Assembly: GCA_051294375.1 (NCBI GenBank)
Contig: JBJCIZ010000403.1
Location: 17,956-67,177 of the forward strand
Source of the DNA: Paraspadella gotoi
Lineage: Eukaryota > Animalia > Chaetognatha
Reading direction: 5' to 3'
DNA length: 49,222 bases
Shown: in pieces, positions 35,001-46,975 of the stretch
How the letters are laid out: each line of letters starts with the position of its first letter
Position numbering within the stretch: position 1 is the first letter of the stretch
Position numbers and translations under genes: made by a program
Notes under the pieces: generated by a model
Seen by the model: only the letters and a program-made list of their open reading frames with translations
Databases searched by the model: none
Told to the model about the DNA's origin: nothing

Positions 35001-35809
35001 ACAGACCATAACCTGAGTACAATAAATGGTCAGAGAGAAAAAAAAGAGACTACAGTTTTCGCGAATTTTTTGTTTTCACATTGAATTCGTTGACGGTCTA
35101 TGACGCACGATGCACGATGCCAAAGTCGACGAGGACAGCAGAGGCGATCTCCGCGGTCAAGCGATCCGAAACTCCCAATCGCATCGCATCGCGTAACATC
35201 GTTCGAAGTGGCGGAATTCGATGAGACTCCTCTAAAAAGTTTAAAATATGTTCTTTATTTTCTTTAAGATATTTTTTTTTTTAATGCTAATTTTTTTTTT
35301 AAGAGAAAACAAGTTGGTGAGAGAGCAGAGAGGGAGAGGAAAAGTGAGAGAGATATGAAGTTTTTCTCTCTCTCTCTCTCTTAATTAAAGGATACTGGTG
35401 ATAAGTACAACTATATATTATTCAAGGATATAATACAAAATACATATATATTAATAAATATATAATATATATAAATTATTAGTATATTATATATAATTAT
35501 ATATTACTACATACTAAATATGACCTTATATATTATTCAAGGCTATTATACAAAATTTATGCAGTTCAAATCTACCCTTCAAATTTACCTTTCTCTCTTC
35601 GGACTTCTGTAACTTTTTGGTCATCGGATAATCGATTCGTCCAGAATCCCGGTAATGTTGAGTAAAAATGAACTCCTTTTCGTTGGAAATATTTTGCCGG
35701 CCAGATCGCACCCGCTTGCGCGAGAATAAATGTTTATAATTTCTCTCGCGACGTCATCGAAGAGCGCAAAATCCACCCGCCGTCCTCCTTCCTATAAAAT
35801 ATACCAAAT

Positions 35810-35851
35810 CCATTACATGTTTCGGCTCACATTCAAGCCTTCATCAGCGTC
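35810..35851 (-). ncRNA. Minimal hammerhead motif in a pLTR fragment
   Basis: CTGATGA-a-ggctt(gaatgt)gagcc-GAAA-catGTA with poor stem I. Adjacent (ga)n-gtttccaaca resembles 7370-7415. Confidence 0.65.
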
Positions 35852-35980
35852 AATTCGGTTTTGAATTATGTAAAAAAGTTTGTACAAAGGAAAGAGAGAG
35901 AGAAATAAAGAGAGAGGGCAAAGTTTCCAACAATAATTCAAACGTCTTTTAAAACCCAATTAATTTAAAGTTATGAGTTT

Positions 35981-36204
35981 TGTGAAATATCCTTTTATTT
36001 GACGCCTGCAAATAAAGCGCTTAAATGTTGCCCGTCCCGTGTAAGTTTGACGAGGGCAGAAGAGGAATTAAATACGAGTTACAGTATTAATCACTATTAT
36101 AATGTTAAAATAAACCCTCGTCAAACTTACATAGGATGGGCATTGCCCATTGGGCAACATTTGAGCGCTAGATTTTCGGGCATTAAATAAAAGGATATTT
36201 CACA
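35981..36204. mobile_element. Palindromic MITE
   Basis: ~75-90-bp inverted arms tgtgaaatatccttttattt...gtaagtttgacgaggg. Confidence 0.75.
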
Positions 36205-36356
36205 GTAAAACTCTAATCAAGGAAAGGTTAAACGATTAAAAAACGAACTTAAAGTTAAAGTTAAAGTTTAACTGTAAAATATCCTTTTTTCACGACCGCA
36301 AATCTATTAAAACGATCGATAATTGTTTTTAAATACTCTTGCATATCCGTGCAGAA

Positions 36357-36641
36357 ATCCGAGAGAAAAAGTCAAAACGTCGCCGATCAAAGAATGGGTC
36401 ACAAAGACAAAAATCTGATAACATTTTCTCATTCAAAATTGTCATTTAATATTTCTGCAATCAGTAAAGTTCGAACTCAGATATCACGATTCGCGAGTCT
36501 TTGGGTCTAACAATCTTTAATAAAATTTCTTGATTTCCGCGGATTTATTTCTTTGATATTACGACTCTGAGATTTGTCAGATCAGCTTTACTTTGAAAAC
36601 CCGTTCTTCGATCGGCGACTTTTTTACCTTTTCTCTTGGAT
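36357..36641. mobile_element. MITE with ~50-bp TIRs
   Basis: atcc(g/a)agagaaaa...gtcgccgatc(a/g)aagaa(t/c)gggt occurs inverted at both ends. Confidence 0.65.
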
Positions 36642-37445
36642 CGTATAAGTTTAAGTTAACTTTAACTATAATCTATTTACATAATAAAATAGTTTTACCT
36701 GAAGTAAGCCAAAACGTTGGAAATGTTGGAAGATCAGAGAGACGCTTTGGCTTCGAAGGACCGACAAGCCACAAGGGAACTCGAGCCGGTTCTTGAGTTT
36801 ATGTGTTTCTTATTTTTTTTATATTCAAGCATGTTCTTTATTACGCCGGAGAATATAAAATGTTTTTTTAGTTAAAATTTTAAAAAATATATTTTTAAAG
36901 TAAAAACGATTTTCGGATTTCAGAAAATTTTTCTACAACAGCTGTCTAATTCTAAAATAATTCTCATTGGTTATTTTCCTTTTTTTCGACTCCCTCAGCC
37001 AATCATATTGCATTATTTTTTGGTCACGTGAACCGGCGGAAAATTTTAATTCAAATCTTCGAAGATGAAATGTTTAACGAAATTCTGTAATATATTAGCT
37101 TCCGTGGCTAAACTATCGCAATTTTAAATGTTTTTTCCATTTTTTATTAATTTATTATACGGGTCAATGATTTAGATTGCAGAATTGCTTTAGTTTTGAC
37201 TTTATTCCGCCTTAGTGGATAGATATGTAAAAATAAGTAAAGAAAAGAGCTCCAAATTGCCAAATGTAATAATTTTTCGTCTCATGTGGACGGAGTTGCT
37301 TGACTTTGTCTCCCGATCTCTTCTTATTTTTCATTTTTATCTTCCCCTTATTTGTTCTCGTTTGTTGTTGACATAAGATATTTTTGCAACCATTCCCGCA
37401 ATTATTTGTTTGCTCTGTTTTCTTTTCAGAAAAAAAAACAAAAAA

Positions 37446-37540
37446 ACCGCTGATGAAGACTCGAAAAAGCAGGTCGAAAATAACCCGACCTTTATTGTTG
37501 ATAAAATCATTGTTACTGCTAATTAAAACTTTTTTTCATT
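37446..37540 (+). ncRNA. Hammerhead-like motif plus pLTR tail
   Basis: CTGATGA-a-gact...ggtc-GAAA. The tail is homologous to the reverse complement of 18240-18320. Confidence 0.6.
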
Positions 37541-38599
37541 AAATAAAAAATAAAAAAAAGAGATTGAACACAAAGTTTTGACTATATTATAATATAATAT
37601 AATATATATTGAATATTTTATATTTTATTATTAAAAGTTGGTCATATGATTGAATTTTTAGTAGTAGACATTGTATTCGATCTTTATTTTTGTTGTTTGT
37701 GTGTATTTAAGGAGTGTAATGAAAAATTCGTTTTTTGAAAATTGTTCTAAAAACGAATTTTTTCGTAACACTCCTTAGAGTAAATTTTTATATAAACACC
37801 TGCTGGCACAATTATGAAACATCTTAACATCTTATAATACATATTATCCAATATTATTTAAAATTATGTAGCATAAACCGAGTTATGAACATTTCAAATT
37901 TAAGTCAGACTGACAGACCGACCAACCTACCCACCAACTTAGAGAAAAATGATTTGAAATTGCTCCCCAAGTAATTGCACCCAGCTAAAAAGTTACTGAT
38001 AACTTTATCTAAAAACTAATATCTAATAACTTTAAATAAGGATTGACTCTATTACTTGGAAGCTTTGGAGAGTTCCTTTTCGGTCAAGTTTTTAGGGTTT
38101 AGACAGTTTTAATATCTTTTAAAAACCAAAAAGAACCTATTAAAATGAGTCGTGAAATTTCATCTTGTATATGTAATGATTTTTAGTAAGTCTATTATGT
38201 ATTTTGCACTCTCTAGATAAACGTTTATATTTTCATCCTTAATTGATCCAATTACATCATAAAAATGACTAGGTTTTAGGTACTAGTATTACACTGAGGT
38301 TGCTGATGTTAATTGAATAAAAAGAAATAAAATTCGCTTTTAAAAATGACTTTACCGTCTTGAATGAATTTTTTTAAGTTTACCGATAAAAAAAATTGCC
38401 CGATTTTTGGGTGGCTCTTGAAGCTGAACCTTAGTCAAATTTGAAGTTTTTTTATTTGAAACACGAAGGAAATATACTTCTTTTGCATAGATATAATTTG
38501 TATAAAGCTTTATGCAATTCTTGTTTGAATGATCCCAGGCCTTAATGAAAAATTATCTCTCTCTCTTCCTCTAAATAGTTCGACGTTTAATTTGCGTAC

Positions 38600-38627
38600 G
38601 CACAAAACCGTGACCTTTTTCTCGTGA
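38600..38627 (-). CDS. Candidate short host exon (HEKKVTVLC)
   Basis: Follows a 57-nt intron gtgagt...cccttag; in phase with the preceding exon; donor gtacgc (3' boundary uncertain). Confidence 0.45.
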
Positions 38628-38684
38628 CTAAGGGATTGCAAAAGAACGGACACCAAATGGTCAATGAGAATTCCTTCGACTCAC

Positions 38685-38839
38685 GGTTCACGATCGTGTC
38701 CGGTATGATGTGCCAACTGAGGACAAATCTTGGCGTAATTGGCGACGGTGTTGTTGACGGAGATGGGACAATAAGTGTCGGGCCATCGGTTGCCCGCCCA
38801 CAAGTTACCCACGTCGAAGTCGGTCCCGATGATGCAGAC
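38685..38839 (-). CDS. Host gene exon (VCIIGTDFDVGNLWAGNRWPDTYCPISVNNTVANYAKICPQLAHHTGHDRE)
   Basis: ttcag acceptor in phase 0, CC|gtgagt donor, strong C-ending codon bias. Confidence 0.7.
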
Positions 38840-38988
38840 CTGAACGAGTCGAACTTGAGGGAATTTTAGCCGAACTTGGCGCATTACTAGTCATAGCGGA
38901 CGAAAGGTTGTCTTTGAAACTAACGCAAAATATATATAATGTATATATTAACTAAACGACGACGAGGACGATGATGACGACGATTCAC

Positions 38989-39114
38989 CTTCCGTTGAGC
39001 CTCTTGATCGACCCAAGCGATTGGACAAGGAAGTTCACAAGTTTCGCCCGTGAATCCAGGCGAGCAGATGCAACCTCCTTCGTAGTGATCGCACTTTCCT
39101 TTTGGGGTGAAGTT
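38989..39114 (-). CDS. Host gene exon encoding an EGF-like (laminin/MEGF-type) motif
   Basis: NFTPKGKCDHYEGGCICSPGFTGETCELPCPIAWVDQEAQRK has the CxCxPGFxGxxC EGF signature. AAG|gtgaat donor; the aag acceptor is uncertain. Confidence 0.75.
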
Positions 39115-39203
39115 CTTTTTTTTTAGGATGGAGTCGAAGAGTTATCAGTTTCTTGAAGCAGATTAGGAGGTTCTGCTCAATCAAGTTTTACAGTTTTTTA
39201 ATG

Positions 39204-39440
39204 TTTTTTATCGAGCCAGGACAGGCTACGCCTGGTCCTGGCTCTATAATGTTAAGGCCAGGCTTCTTTGTGACGTCATAGACGTCGTCGGCGTCACGCT
39301 GTTTTATATAAAAACTACTACGCTTTTATAGGTTTGGCTGTGACTTACCGTTTTTTTTTAATAAAAATTATTATGAATTATGATACAGTTTTACAAAAGT
39401 GTGCGATCATCGTAAGTTAAAAATTTAGATATGGATTCTC
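39204..39440 (+). mobile_element. HINE-like element family B, interrupted by the LINE
   Basis: T-run plus hairpin gagccaggac...gtcctggctc followed by tataat. Body is homologous to 6790-6970. Confidence 0.6.
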
Positions 39441-42215
39441 AGATTAGTAGAGGTTTTACCTGGATTGGTGCATGAGGATCAGGCAGGCTTACCAGGGAGA
39501 AAAATATCAGATATTTTGCATGTAATACAGGATGTCATAGATTATTGTAGAATTCATGAGGTAGGAGGCGCTTTGGTTTTTTTGGATCTTGAGAAATGTT
39601 TCGATAGTGTTGACCACAGTATGGTTTTAAAGACTTTAAAAAAAATTTGGTTTGGTAGAAATTTGATTAGTTGGGTAAGGACATTCTATAATAAGATAAC
39701 TAGTAGAATATTAGTTAATGGGCATTGGTCTGATGAGATATTGGTTGAGAGGGGATTGAGACAGGGTGATTCTCCTTCAATGACCCTATATATTTTAGTG
39801 GCTGAGGTTTTGCAAACTCCATTAGGAAGGATAGAATGATAGAAGGTATTAAATTAAAGGGGTTGAGAGAAAAGTAGGGGTCTATGTTTGATGACACCCA
39901 GGGTTTTCTAGGGTCAGAGGCATCAATAGAGAGGTTTATGGAAAAGGCAGTTCGTTATGAAAGGGCAGCAGGGTCAAGGGTTAATAGGGTAAGTTAGTGG
40001 ATTGTTGGTTAGGGCCTTGGAAGGATAAAGCTAAGATTTCTGTGGTCTGGCCTGGAAAGACATGGCAAAGGTCTTATGAATGTGGGTAGGTCGAGGTGAT
40101 TTGATAAAAGCAAATTTTGCTGATGTTTTTAAAGGTATCAAGTCAAAGTTGACCCTCTGGAAAACTCGGCCATTGTCAACCTTAGGAAGAGCAAAGGTTA
40201 CTAATATATTTCTATATTCTGCTTTATGGTACAGAACAGAATTGTTGACGCCTCCGTGGGGAGATATTAATGCTTTAGAAACTGAAGTAGAAAATTGGAT
40301 GTTTATGGTAGAAAAGAGATTGCTAAGGATAGGCTGAGGGATTCTTATTATAATGGTGGAGCGCAATTAATGGATATCAGAGATAAGGTTAAAGCACAGA
40401 GAATAATGTTGGATTAAAAGGTTGTTAAGCATGCCAAGGGAATCTTTTGCTAGAGTTTTAGCAGATGACTTATTGGAGGACAAGCATGCGACTTTTATGG
40501 ATTGGATAGTCTTAGGGCAAAAGTAGCGGGATTACCATTGGTATGTGGTCGGGTTTTATGCTGAGGCTGTAAGGGCTTGGTCATGCTTGCCTTTCAAATT
40601 TGAACCAGGTAATTTGTCTATTGATAATTACCATTTGTTATATAATACAAATGTGAACTGATTCAGATGGAATAGTTTTAAAGTCATTTAGTAATATAGT
40701 AGAACGAGGAATTGAGACTTGGTCAATTTTTGAATATGCCAATGAATGAAACTCCACGCTCTCAGAGGAAAAGGATTTTTGATATCCAATGTAGAGTGAG
40801 GGAGCAAGTTGAAATATTGTTCCAAATGATCATCCTCCTGACTTCATTTTAGAGGTACAAGGAGCAATAGGGTTGAGTGAAATGTCATTTGCGGAAACTT
40901 ATTCTCAATTGAGAGTTAATTTAAGAGTGGTAAGACATTATGAAGAGAAATGGGAAAGAGTACTTTGAATTAGTTTAACTAATGAGTGGAGGGCCATTTG
41001 GGGGGAGCAATTGATGTACTTCTGTACTTCTTACTATGTTAGATCTTTTATTTGGCGCCAGGTAAATTTAAATTTATGGACAGCATACATGGATTATGCC
41101 TATGTAGGAAGAGGTGATGGTATTTGTGATCTTTGTAGTTTTGTAGCACGTGAACGATGGCATATTTTGACTCAGTGTGAAGTGGTTGTAAGACTTTGGG
41201 AGAAGTTGAGTGTGACATTGTTAAAATTTGATGATAAGCAAGTAGATAAATGAGAGATGAGCTTAGGCTTAATGAGACAAGGGCCTAAAGTGAGGTTAAG
41301 AAATAAATTAGGATTTACTTTAAGATCTGTTATATTCAAGATGAGAGCAGAGAGGATTAGGCATGTTGAGTCGGCAGTTGAAAGACTGTGGAAAATATTT
41401 GTTATTCATTTGAGAAAGGACTTAGAACAAGATTATTGGGTTGCCAAATTAAATGGCAAATTGGGAAGTTTTAAAAAACGAATCTTATTGGGAAATGTAC
41501 TGGATACATTAAATGAGGATGGGACCATAGAGTGGGGAAACTTAATTAAATGGGTTAAAATTGGCTATTGGAACTTATTTAATCAATGAGGGTATCTTGT
41601 TTTGGGTATTGAGGGACCACATGTCTATATTAGCGTCTGTATATTATATGTGGTTTTTTATTAGCGTCTTTTTTGTGTTTTATGTGGTAGTGTTTGTTTT
41701 CAGTTTATAGCGTGATATCGTGTTTCTATTAATTGGTGAAGGGATTATTTTACTATTGCATTTATGTGATAGTGTTTCTATTTATTGGTGATGTAGGAAT
41801 TATTTTTACTCTTACACTTACATGATATAGTTACGTGATATATTCGTGTACTCTTACACTTACATTATATAGTTTTTGTGTATCTGTACTCTTACATTTA
41901 CGTGATATAGCGTTTTGTATTTCTGTTAGCGTCTCATGTCGTTTTGTGTATCTGGTAGCGTCTCATTTCGTTTTTAGCGTCTCTTTGTCTGTTTTTATTA
42001 GTGTCTTTTTCTGTTGATCTGCGTGCTTATATTTATATATATATTTATATTTATATATATATATATATATTGATTATAGTTTGATATTTCTATTCATAGC
42101 AATGTGGTCCCTCTGCCCTTTACTTTAACACTTTATAAATATATATTTTTAGGTATATGTTATATGTTATACTCCATGCATTAAATACTTATAATGACTT
42201 TTTATAAAATAAAAC
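39441..42215 (+). mobile_element. 5'-truncated L1/Tx1-clade non-LTR retrotransposon, pseudogenised
   Basis: RT motifs DQAG..PGRKISD, LDLEKCFDSVDH, RGLRQGDSPS, FDDT; LSTLGRAKV; C-terminal CDLC-x8-HILTQC zinc knuckle. Several stops and frameshifts; ORF ends at 41589, followed by a T-rich 3' UTR. Confidence 0.9.
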
Positions 42216-42315
42216 CTTGAATATTAAACATTTTTATAATGTTTTAGTTTATTTTTTGGTCTCATTTTTTTCATTAATGCTTTATGAAATTGGTACAACC
42301 AATATAAAAATTTAG

Positions 42316-45300
42316 TTGAGAGTGAGAGAAAGCTACATAAAATTAAAGAGGAAAGAAAAGACCATTGCGTGGTCGAGCGAGAGGAGAGCAAGGGAGACAT
42401 TAAAAAATAAAAGAGAGGAAATTTGCTTTGTCTTGATAAAAGACTCATATTTAATACTGTCCTCACCCATCTTTAACAACCTCGGCATGATCGTTATTTG
42501 CAAGACCAGTGCATTAACGTTTCTTTTATTTCTTTTTTTCTTGGAAAATATCGGTTCCGGTCTGTTTTAGAATTATTTTGTATGCTCTTTTCTACATTGG
42601 GAAAAAAGCGTGTTTTCTTTGTTAAAGTTGTTTATTCTCTTTGGAAATCGAATCGTCTGCCGAGTTCTTCTCCTTTTGTGATTTAACCGTTTTTTATTAC
42701 TTTTTACTTTAGAAAAGTCGGTTATCGGGTGGTTTTTTTAATCTTTAGCATTGAGAAAAAACGTGTGCCGTTTTTTTAAAGTTTTTATTTTCTTTTTACA
42801 TTGAAAAAAAATCGTTTTCTGTTATTTTTAAAGTTTTAATCATGCCCTTTTTACAGAGAAAAAGTCGTTTTTCGTGGTGTCTTATACGTTTTTATCTAGA
42901 TGAGAGCTGGAGAGGAAGCTACATTAAAAATAAAGAGAAAAGAGAGAAGAGAAGGAGAAACATAAAATTAAAGAGAGGAAAATTTGTTTGTTATTGATAA
43001 AAAGATATTTAATAACTGTCGCTTCACCCATTTTAACAACCTCTGATCTTTCTTTTCTTTGGTGGGAGAGGGGGGCGTTAGGGGCGGGTGGGTTGGTGGA
43101 TGTTATTTGCAGAAGTATTTAACGTTTTTATTTCTTTATTTCTTTGAAAATATCGTTTTCCGGGGTGTTTAGAACATTTTTTTATCTCTCTTTTTTACAT
43201 TTGGAAAAAGTCAGGTTTTTTCTTTGTGTTTTAAAGTTTGTTATCTCTTTTGGAAAATCGGTCTGCCGGATGTACTTTAAACATCTTTTATTCACTTTAC
43301 TTTAGAAAATTCGTTCTATCGGTGTTTTTTTAAGCTCTTTTAACATTGGAAAGAACGTTTGCCGTTTTTTTTCAACAAGTTTCATTTCTGTATTTACATT
43401 TGGAAAAAATCGTTTAATGGTTTATTTTAATTTCTTCATATCCTCCTCTTTACAGAGGACAAAGTCGTCTCGGTGTATTTAACGTTTGTTATCTAGTTGA
43501 GAGTGCAGAGGAAAGCTACATAAAATTAAAGAAAAAAGAGAGAGGACAGGGACCATAAAAATGAAAAGAAAGGAACATTTGTTGCCGTTTTTGATAAAAA
43601 AGATATTTAATAACTGTCCTCACCAATTTTAACAACCTCGATGATGTTATTTTACAGAAGTAATTTAACGTGTTTTATTTCTTTTTTCTCTTGAAAATAT
43701 CGTTTTCCGGTGTTTTTAGGAAATTTTTTTCTCTTATTTACATTGGACAAGCGTTTTTCTTTTGTTTGTTTACAAGTTGTTACTCTCTTTGGAAATAATC
43801 GTCCTCTGGCCGCTACTGGTATTTTTCTAACGTTTTTGATCACCTTTTTACTTTAGAAACAGGTCGCTTTATCGGTGTTTTTTTTGATATTTTTTTACAT
43901 TGAAAAAAACGTTGCCGTTTTTTTTTTTACAGAGTTTTATTTCTTTTATAGCATTGAAAAGACAATTGTTTTTCTGTTGTATTTTTAAAGCTTTTTCATA
44001 TCTTTTTACAGAGAAAAAAGGTCGTTCTGGTACTATTGTTAACGTTTTTCTATCTTTTCGATGAGTGAGAGGAAAAGCTACATAAAATTAAAGAAAACGT
44101 ATGACGAGAGAAGGAGACATTAAAAAACTAAAAGAGATGGAAATTTGTTTGTTTTGATTAAAAAGGATATTTCAATAACTGTCCTCACCAATTGGTTTAA
44201 CAACCCTCATGATGTTATTTCACGAAGGTATTTAACGCTTTTTATTTCTTTTTTTCCTTTTGAAAAATATCGTTTTCCCGGTGTTTAGAAATTTTTTATC
44301 TTTTTTACATTGGAAACAGTTTTTCTTTGCTTTTTAAAGTGGTTATCTCTTTGGAAATGTCGTCGTGCCGGGTGGTATTTAACGTTTTTATTACTTTTTA
44401 CTTTAGAAAAGTCGGTTCATCGGTGTTTTTTAACTCTTTTTTACATTGGAAAAAAACGTTTGCCGTTTTTTTTTTTTAAAGTTTGTTTATTGTCTTTTTT
44501 ACATTGGAAAAATATTTCGTTTTCTGTTATGTTTAAAGTTCTTCATATCTTTTACAGAGAAAAAAGTGGTCGCGTTTTCGTGGTGATTTAACGTCCTGTT
44601 TAATCTATTGAGAGTGAGAGAAAAGCTACATAAAATTTAAAGAGAAAAGAGATCCGAGAGAAGGAGACATACAAACATAGCAAAGAGAGGAAATTTGTTT
44701 GTTTTTTGACGAAAAAATATGTTAATAACTGTCCTCACCCAATTTTAAACAACGTCGATGATGGTTTATGTTGCAGGACGTAGTTATTTAACGTTTTTTA
44801 TTTCTGTTTTCCTTTAAAAATACTCGTTTCCGGTGTTGTGTAGAAATTTTTTTATCTCTTTTACAGTGGCAAAAGCGTTTTTTCTTTGTATTTTGTAAAG
44901 TTGTGATCTCTTTGGAAAATATCGGTCTGCCGGCTTGTATTCTAAGCGTTTTTCATCACTTGTTTACTTTAGAAAAGTCGTTTATGTCGGTGGTTTTTTT
45001 AACTCTTTTTACATTGGAAAAAACGCTTTTGCCGTTTTTTGTTAAAAGTCTTTTATTTCTGTTTACATTGAAAAAATCGTTTTCTGTTATTTTTAAGAGT
45101 TTTCATATCTTTTTAGCAAGGAAGAGAAATAAGTCGTTTTTCTGGTGTATTTAACGCTTTTTTATCTTTTGAGAGTTGAGAGAAAGCTACATAAAATTAC
45201 AAAGGCAGAAAAAGAGGGAGGAGAGAAGGAGACATAAAATAAAAAGACGCAGGAAATTGTTGTTTTGATAAAAAGAAGACTTAATAACTGTCCTCACCAA

Positions 45301-46975
45301 TTTTTAACAACCCTCGATGATGTTATTTGCAGAAAGTACTTTAACTTTATTTGCTTTTTTTTCTTTGAAAATATCGTTTTCCGGTGTTTTTTAGGAAAGT
45401 TTTTTTATCTCTTAGTTTACAGGTTGGAAAAAGCGTATTTTCTTTGTTTTTACAAAGTTGTGTATCTCTCTTGGATAATATCGTCTTGCCGGATGTATCT
45501 TAACCATTTTTATTACTTTTTACTTTAAGAAAGAATTCGTTTATGCTGGTTGTTTTTTAACTCCTGTTTACATTGGAAAAAACGGTTATGCCGTTTTTTT
45601 TTAACATTTTATTTGCTTGTTTACATTTGGAAAAAATCGTTTATTCTTGTTACTTTTTAAAGTTTTCAGTATCTTTTTACAGCAGAAAAAGTCGGTTTTT
45701 CTGGTGTCATTGTACAACGTTTTTTATCTATTGAAGAGTGGAGAGAAAGCCTACAAAAAATTAAAGAGAAAAGAGGAGAGAGGAAGGCAGAACCATAAAA
45801 CAATAAAAGAGAGGAAAATTTGTTGTTTTTGATTTAAAAAGATATTTCAACTAACCTGTCCTCACGCCAATTTAACAACAACGTCGATGATGTTATTTGC
45901 AGAAGTATTTAACGTTTGTATTTCTTTTTCTTTAAAAATTTATCGTTTTCCGGTTGTTTTTACAGAAATTTTTTTATCTCTTTTTACATTGGAAAAAAGA
46001 GTCTTTTCTTTTGTTTTTTTAAAGTTGTCTTATCTCGTTTAGAAATTATCGTCTTTCGACCGCGTATATCTAACGTTTTTATCACTTTCTTTACATTAGC
46101 AAAAGTCGCTCTATATCGGTGTTTTTTCTGATACTTTTTTGTACATTGGAAAGAAAAAAAGTTTGCGGTTTTTTTTTTCTTAAAGTCTTTATTCTTCTAT
46201 TACATGTGAAAAAAATCGTTTGTCTGTTATTTTTAAAGTTTTCCATACTGCTCTTTTACAGAGAAAAGAGTCGTTTTTGGTGTATTTAACGTTTTTATCT
46301 ATTGAGAGTGAGAGAAAGCTACATAAAATTAAAGAGAAAAGAGAGAGAGCAAGGTAAGACATAAAATAAAAGGATAAGGAAATTGTTGTTTTGATAAAAG
46401 ATATTTAATAACTGGTCCTCCACCCAATTTTAACAACCTCGATGATGTTATTTCTGCAGAAGTAATGGTTAACGGTTTTAGTTCTTTTCTTTAAAAAGTA
46501 CTCGTTTTTCCGGTGCTTAAGCAATGTTCGTTTAATCTCGTTCCTTTCACATTGGAAAAAGCGTTTTTCTTTGTTTTTAAAGTTGTTGATCTCTTTTGGG
46601 AAATATGCGGTCTGCCGCTGTATTTAAACGTTTTTATCAACTGGTACTTTAGAATAAGTCGTTTGTATCGGTAGTTTTTTAACTCTTTACATTGGAAAAA
46701 AAACGTTTGCCGTTATTTTTTTTAAGTCTTTTATCTTGCTTTTTTACATTGGAAAAAAAATCGTTTTCTGATATTTTTTAAAGTTTTCATAGCTTTTTTT
46801 ACGAGAGGCAAAAAGTCGTTTCTGGTGTATTTAACGTTTTTAGTCTATTGAGAGTGAGAGAGAAGCTACATAAAATGTGAAAGAGGAAGAAGAGAGGAGG
46901 AGGAAGGAGACATAAAAAAAAAGAAAAGGAAATCTTGATTCGTGTTTTGATTAAAAAACGGATATTTAATAACTA
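42316..46975 (+). repeat. Tandem satellite, ~550-600-bp unit, ~8.3 copies
   Basis: Unit marker gagagtgagagaaagctacataaaattaaagag near 42316, 42900, 43498, 44060, 44608, 45169, 45731, 46302 and 46848. Internal ttttacattggaaaaa sub-repeats. Confidence 0.95.

Larger units (their letters stand above)
34596..37214 (-). mobile_element. hAT-superfamily (hATm-like) DNA transposon with decayed, intron-containing transposase
   Basis: TIRs taaggcgg/ccgcctta; TSD atggatag (34588-34595) / gtggatag (37215-37222). Minus-strand peptides LWLVGPSKPKRLSDLPT (~36700-36790), DVAREIINIYSRAS and EKEFIFTQ...GRIDYPMTKKLQKSEERK (~35590-35790), and RLGVSDRLTAEIASAVLVDFGIV (~35100-35230), bounded by splice-like signals. 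Confidence 0.7.
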
